Shown here: positions 57,654 through 64,000 of the stretch, one piece after another
How positions within the stretch are numbered: the stretch's first letter is position 1
Layout of the letters: each line of letters opens with the position of its first letter
Assembly: GCA_043228905.1 (NCBI GenBank)
Contig: JBHGNT010000013.1
Location: 2,480,001-2,544,000 of the forward strand
From: Azolla caroliniana
Taxonomy: Eukaryota; Plantae; Polypodiophyta
DNA length: 64,000 nt
Direction of reading: 5' to 3'
The notes under the pieces: model-generated
What the model saw: the letters and a program-made list of their open reading frames with translations, nothing else
What the model was told of the DNA's origin: nothing
Databases searched by the model: none
Position numbers and translations under genes: made by a program

Positions 57654-59513
57654 TGTTGGGAAATCAGTCCCTCCGGATGGGATCCGGTGATGAATGAAGA
57701 GGACCCAGTGAGAACCGGAAGAGACCCGGAAACTAGATCGGATGGAGCCGGTGAGAACCGGAAGAGATTCGGAAACCAGTTCGGTTGGACCTGGTGAGAA
57801 CCGGAAGAGAAGACATATTTGTAAATATGTTTTGAGTAAGCCTATTGAGGTTATATTTGTAAATAGCCCTAAGTTCATATAAGTATAAATATGACCTACG
57901 GCAATCACTTTGAGAGTGTTGTTGTCATATTGTTGTATGTGCATAACTGTTGTATAGTGAGAGAGACAGAGAGAGAGAGCGTGAGAGTAGCTACGAGCAC
58001 TTTCTGTTGTAACCGTCGTCTAGCGAAGATCGCGAGCACGAGGTCATTGCCTCTGTGTTTCCACTTTGTATTTCCTCTCATATAATGATAGTTCGGTGTC
58101 CATGGGCTCCCGTGGTTTTTCCCGATTAGGGTTTTCCACGCAAACATCTTGTGTGCTCTCTATTTTCTGTGTGTACTTGTGCTCTCTCCCCATTTCCAAT
58201 TTCTGTATTTGATTCTCATTGAAGTCATTGAAGACTCGGTTGTGGCGGAGCAATATTCCACACTATTTCATACAAACTGGTATCAAAGCAAAAAACACAG
58301 GAAATGGAAGAATTGTTCGGCGGCATGTTCAAGCTCACAGGCTCCAACTACTCTGTGTGGAAGTCAAAGATGAGGGATATGCTGGTGGTTAAAGATCTTT
58401 GGTTCCCGGTTCAGTTCGAGGACAAGAGACCAGATAAGATCGAAGCCACAATGTGGGAAGTGATGCACATGAAGACGACGACATACATTCGGTGCTTCAT
58501 CGACATGAGTCTGTACAACAACTTCAAGGAAGAAAGTAAGGCTCATGAACTCTGGGAGAAGACCCGCATCATGTTCCAAAACAAGAATGTCTTTAATCGG
58601 GTTTCGGTATTTTGGAAGCTAGTGAGGCTATGGCTCCAAGACGGCTCTAGTATGGCGGATCACATGAATGCCTTCCAGGGACTATTCCATTAGGCAACCT
58701 TGTTGGAAGTACCTCTCGCCGATGAGGTACTCGTATTACTCCTGCTCGGTTCCCTCCAGGATAGTTGGGAGACGCTAGGCTGGAAGGAAAGTAGTTGTCC
58801 CTAGCAAGGGTAAAATCAAGTTTGCTAAATGAAGAAGCTCGCCAGAAGGACCGGGAGTCCAGAAGGCCTTGGTCACGGAAGATGACCACAACTAGGGAAG
58901 AGGCCGGTATCAGACTCCCCAAAACTAGGACAAGTCAGGGACAACGTCGAAGTCAAGGTGGAGGCCTACTTGCTTCTACTGTGGGAAGCCATGGCACTTC
59001 CAGAAGAACTATCAGCACTTATGGAAAGAGAAAGAAACCGGTACCACCGATTCGAAGAAGAGTTCAGACCGAAACGGTTCAGACTGGAGAGGCCTGGATC
59101 AGAAAGGAACGTCGATGATCGCGACAAGTGAAGAAGAACTGATGCTCATTACTGAGGATAATGAGGTAAACCTTGTTGGCGACGAGACAATGTGGGTTGT
59201 CGATTCCGGAGCGTCGTTCCACCTGACACCGGACCGAAGGTGCTTCTCATCCAACACAGCTGGAGATCACGGGTGTGTCCGGATGGAGAATAAAGGTAGA
59301 TGTCGAATTGTCAGCATAGGAGATGTGTTGTGACGACATCAACCGGATGCAAGTTGCTAGTGAAGGATGTCCGAGACGTTCCGGAGGTTCGACTAAACCT
59401 GATATGAATCGATTGGCTAGATGATGAAGGCTACACAGGTAGCATCCGAACCGGAGTCATGAAGTTCAGCAAGGGAAGCTTGATTGTGTGTCGATCCCAG
59501 AAGATCAACACGC
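57654..59513 (+). mobile_element. 5' part of a degenerate Copia (relative of Copia-1): LTR 57654-58274, PBS 58278-58289, gag-PR from 58304
   Basis: LTR start tgttggga..gtccctccggatggga as in Copia-1; TGGTATCAAAGC; WVVDSGASFH; interrupted at 59514. Confidence 0.9.
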
Positions 59514-62500
59514 TGTCATGGAGAAAACCGTCCCTAAGAGAAATCGGTGGATGATATGCGTGAACCGGCCCTTACACACGAACACATGTTTTGATATATT
59601 TATATACATAATTAAGTATAGGCCGGCGATGTAATTATCCTAGGTAGCACTAGTTCATTAAGTAGGGAATCGAAGAGAATAACAGGGATTTAACAATCTG
59701 TAAATGGCTCTCTCCTTGTGCTATAAAAGGAGAGGGAAAGGGCCTGAGTGGGCATCGGGCATTTAGAGAGGACGAAGTGTTGTCGGACTGGGAACCAAGC
59801 TCATTCCTCGACCATCATTGTTGCCGGGATTTTGGGGTTAGGTTGGCTGGCTCTACTGCGTGAAAGCCCGCGTGCTTCCGGTAGAGGCTCCACCACGTAT
59901 TTCAAGGCATGCGTTTGTCTGTGTCGAGTTTATCACCGGCTTGCCGGTTGTAAGATTGCAAGTTGTAATCTATATCTTTTATTGGATTCGATTCTTTCAT
60001 TTTCTGTCTCTCTGTGTTTCAGCAAGTCTATCTCTTTCTCTCTCTCTCACGTCCCTTAGTTCAAGGCCCCCGCGGTCCCGCCTTATTTCTTACGCGTGAG
60101 CGTAACAACACGATATTAAATTTGGTGAACCCAACGTGAATTAAGGCGGTAGAGGAATAAAAAATGAGGGGATCAGAGTTCGCCGAAGCCATGGCGGCAG
60201 CAGTCGATCGGATAGTAAGTGTTCCCGAGGGCACAGGGGCCCTCGATAGGGCCATTGAAGCAATTGTCGGCACAATAGGCTGGTTCGATGGGAAGGACGC
60301 CACGAGTTATTTGGTGGCCTACCGGGCTGGGATGGTGATGAGGGACATCCCGAAAGAAAGGCATCTAGCTAGGTTCCCTCAGGTAGCGACATCGGGCATC
60401 CGCGCAGAGGTGCTCAAGGTGCAAGCTAGATGTCGGAGCTGGGGAGAATTTGAAGCGCAACTCCTCGAGCGGTACGGGTTTGATTACACACTTTGGTTAT
60501 CGAAGCGGGACTTTATGGATTGGGTAGAGACCCTAGAAAAGGGGAAAAATACGTCAACGCTCTTCCGGGAGTTCGAGGAACGCTTCGCACAACTTTCGAC
60601 ACTAGACAGGACCGTACTGGACACGAGCCTTGTCCTTTTATTTGTCAAAGTTGTGGACGTGTGGGATCGGGAGCAAATGGGTCTCCTGCTGGAGGCGAAC
60701 GATGGGCTGACGGCCGACTGGGCCATGGTAAACGGGGTCTGCGGCCGTTTCAACAAACGACGTCAGTGGGTTGAAAAGGGCTCATCGGGGGCAGGAGGGG
60801 TTGCAGCAACAAAGCTCGAGGGACCCCCGCCGACACGCAAGGAGGAAACCCGGGGTTGGCTTGAGACAGGCTCGTCCGGCATGGTCAAGGGCCCGTACGA
60901 TGTAGCGGCTCTAGAAGAGCTGACGCAGATGGTATGAGACCTCTAGATTGCACAAGCGAGGAGGGACGGCGGCGAGCAACCTCACAACTGAAGGTCTCTA
61001 GGTGGGCATCGGTGCTTGTGGTGTGACGTGGTTGGTCACATCCGGAAGGACTGCATGGACTTCGTGGAAGCAATAAGGGCTAATGTGGTATACCTATGGA
61101 ATAGGAGGGTGCACACTAGAGAAACCTGGAGAGCCCTGGAGCTGAATATTGGATGGGGAGGGATGAAGAGACTGATAGAAGAAGCGGGGGCGCGCCACGC
61201 AGAGACCATCCACTACTCTGCGTCGGCAGGAATCCGGGTCGGGAGTGACGAAGGTTGGAAGACGAAAGACTTTGGGTTCTGGCCGGTGGTACTAGAAGGC
61301 CTCGCCGATGTACATTTGAGAAGGGAGGAAGCGGATCATGTGGAAAGACAAGTCCAGGAGGTCACCAGGTGCAGCGATCCGGTCGAAGAAAAGACCGGCT
61401 TTGTGGAAGCCGCGTGCCAGAACTACGAAGTTCTGGTAGAAGACAAGTGTGCGGGAAAGGCCGGAGGGGCCGGATCTTTGCAACGGTATGAGACCCGATT
61501 CGGGCCAAAGCAAAATGACGCCGGTGTTGCTGACACACCGGATAAAGCAAAGAAAGCCGGCTACCGGTTGAGCACCGAGATAGAAATAATGACGGACCTA
61601 AGGAAGGTCCTTGAGGAACGAATCCTCGACAACAATGTAGAGTTGTCGCTGAGGGAAGTGCTTGGGATCGCCAAGAAAGAATTCCATGACTCCATCGTGG
61701 ACTTGGTGAAGCGGAAAAGGCTTTGGATGGAGCCAGAGCTGGAACCGGAGAGGCCGGTGGAGGTGTGAACGACGCACCTAGAAGACATGGCCCTGGAAGA
61801 TGAGTTGGCGGAAAGCCACTATTTAAAGCTGCACTGGGCAAGGGCCACTACGGAGAGCCTGGTTAGGATCAGGGACGTCCAAAAGCCGGTGGTGGCATTA
61901 GTAGACCACGGCTCGGAGATCAACCTGATGTCCATGGACTTCTACAAGAAAGGAAAGTGGCCTCTCAACACCAAGCACGGGTGGAAAATACGAGCGGTGA
62001 CGCGCACCACGGAGGAGCTACATGGGGCCTGGCTGAATGTGTGGGTGAAAATCAGGGATGTCAAGATTGACCAACACTTCTTCGTGCAGGAGACATCCTC
62101 GCATCCGGTGATACTCGGAGAACCGTACAGTATAGCAACTCGTATGGAGACAAAAGTGTTGGATAACGGTTCGGCGTACGCACGCGTGAAGAGCCAAGAT
62201 GGACGACACTCCGTCCAATTCTTGACCGTGCGACCGAACCATGAGCGCAATCGCGAGACCCTCGGTGGTGAAAGCTGAGGGGATTTTTAGAGAGGACTAT
62301 CAAGGTGTGGGGCCGCGATAGTCTAGAGTCCAGACACCCCGGAGGATCCCCACACATGTACCATAGGTCGGAAGTTTTGGTTCTCCGATAGCGGAGGTTG
62401 TACGATAGCCGACGTCATTGGCTGGGAGAAGAAGCGGGCAAAGCAACGACTCAGGATACGTGGAGTCCTCGCCCCCAATGAGGAAATTAGTGGCGCCGTA

Positions 62501-63960
62501 GAGGCGGTCTCTTTCGATGACACCCTTGGGGAAATTGGGAAGGTGATCAAAGAAAGCCTCAATGAAGATCGGATGATTCCGGTTAACTCGGTGGAAATGT
62601 ACGAAGTCTTTACTGACTTTAGAGAAAGGATCAGATCGGATCGGACGGCCAGCGTGCATACGAGGTACAAGTCTGTGGACCGAAAGGTGAGGCTAGTCGT
62701 GGTACCCTTGCCGGAGGGCAACAGGTTACGGATGAAAGGGGTCGCGACGGACCCAAGTCTACGGGATCCGGCCGGCATAGGTCATCAAATCACCAACATA
62801 ACGCTACAGGAGCTCAAGGTTGGTGGGGGTGGCTTTCTACTGCCGGCGGAGGAGGAACGGTTTCGGAGAATGCTCAGGAGGCATGGGAAGGTCTTTGCAT
62901 TCTTGCTGGGAGAGATCGGGTGCGTGGACCCGACGGTTGTTGAGCCGATGGTTATTTTTACGGTACCGCATGTGCTGTGGAATCTCAAACCGATTCCAGT
63001 GCCCAGAGCTTACATCTTGAAGCTGATGGAGCTGTTGAAGCAGAAGGTGGAGATGGGCATCCTCGAACCGTCGAGTGCCCCATACTCGAATCGGTGGTTT
63101 ATTGTGCCTAGGAAGAACGACACATTGCGCATCATTCAGGACCTGCAGCCGATCAATAAAGTGACCATTCGAAACGCAGGAGTTGGACCGACGATCGATG
63201 AGGTTGCAGAAGCCTTTGCTGGGAGGTCGATCTATTTGGTCGGGGATCTATACTCAGGGTACGACCAGAGCAGAGATGTCACGATGACGCGGACACCTCT
63301 CGGCTTAGTGTGGATGTGTACTCTGCCACAGGGAGGGACAAACTCAGTGGCGCACATGGTAAATGCGATGAACAAGGTGCTGAGGGACTGCATCCCGGAC
63401 ATCACCATGCCATTTCTGGATGATATACCGATAAAGGGGTGCCTGGTGGAGGATAGGGATGAAACGGTTGGGCCGGACAGATGCCGGAGATTCGTGGCGT
63501 ACCACATTGATGACTACGAGAAGGCACTACAAAGACTAGAGGGTGCGTGGCTCACCCTCTCCGGAGAGAAGTTGGCTTTCGGGTAGCCAGAGATCCTTGT
63601 GGTCAGTCCCCTGTGCGGGCCTGACGGCCGGAAACTGTCTCCGGTAAAGGTAGAGGCCATCTCCGCGATGAGGGAAGAATGCAAGTCGGTTACGAAGGTG
63701 CGGAGGTTCCTGGGGGCATGCGCATTCTATCACATTTGGATCCCACACTATGCACACGTCGCGGAACCGCTCTACGGGTTACTTAAAATGGAGTAACGAA
63801 CATACGGAATCGATCCGAAGATTAAAAGAGGCGCTTACCGCGGCACCGGCTCTCCGGAAGTCGATCTACGACAAGAAGGTTCCCGTCAACGTAACCGTAG
63901 ACACAAGCCCAACCGGGATCGGATGGGTGATCAATCAGGAGGACGAGAGCGGCGTCCGGA
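59514..63960 (+). mobile_element. Trp-primed Gypsy element D, degenerate: LTR 59514-~60115, gag-PR 60164-62290, pol 62281-63960, truncated
   Basis: The LTR start matches the element B LTR (tgtc..gagaaaaccgtccctaag); Trp PBS 60123-60140; ALVDHGSEINL; MPFLDDIPIKG; left flank ACGC. Confidence 0.92.
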
Positions 63961-64000
63961 AACCATACCAAGAATTGGTCTCGTGCACATCAAGTCTCTA

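Noticed and set aside
1-64000. Host protein-coding or rRNA genes
   Set aside because: Nearly all sequence is accounted for by retroelement parts; only short edges (1-84, 63961-64000) are unassigned.

Overview
This window is gene-free plant-type heterochromatin: one deep nest of LTR retrotransposons. The mix of Tcn1-like chromoviruses and a tRNA-Trp-primed non-chromodomain Gypsy lineage suggests a non-seed plant such as a bryophyte (inference). I resolved about 16 insertions, many with LTR pairs, primer-binding site (PBS), polypurine tract (PPT) and target-site duplications (TSDs). They comprise several Tnt1/Tork-like Copia copies (3993-9402 has one nonsense codon; 38957-44352 has an intact 1343-aa ORF), two Tcn1/Tf1-sushi-like chromoviruses (793-12949 and 17092-38182), a third chromovirus remnant, six insertions of the Trp-primed Gypsy lineage (23665-31007 is fully intact), and a non-autonomous Athila-like unit (50316-56563). 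The main observations are: (1) all six Trp-primed Gypsy insertions sit on CG-centred 4-bp targets (CCGG, CCGG, ACGG, ACGG as full TSDs; ACGT, ACGC as left flanks only). (2) The four coding copies of that lineage share a G_GAU_UUU slippery site plus a covarying pseudoknot, predicting -1 frameshifting after a DHG-type protease. (3) Both Tcn1-like elements lack a tRNA PBS and carry Tf1-style self-priming complementarity. (4) One Tcn1-like LTR holds a tRNA-like A/B-box module and a six-unit heat-shock element. (5) The Athila-like unit is bounded by two inverted U3 ends inside one TSD. All alignments were done by eye, and lineage names are inferences.
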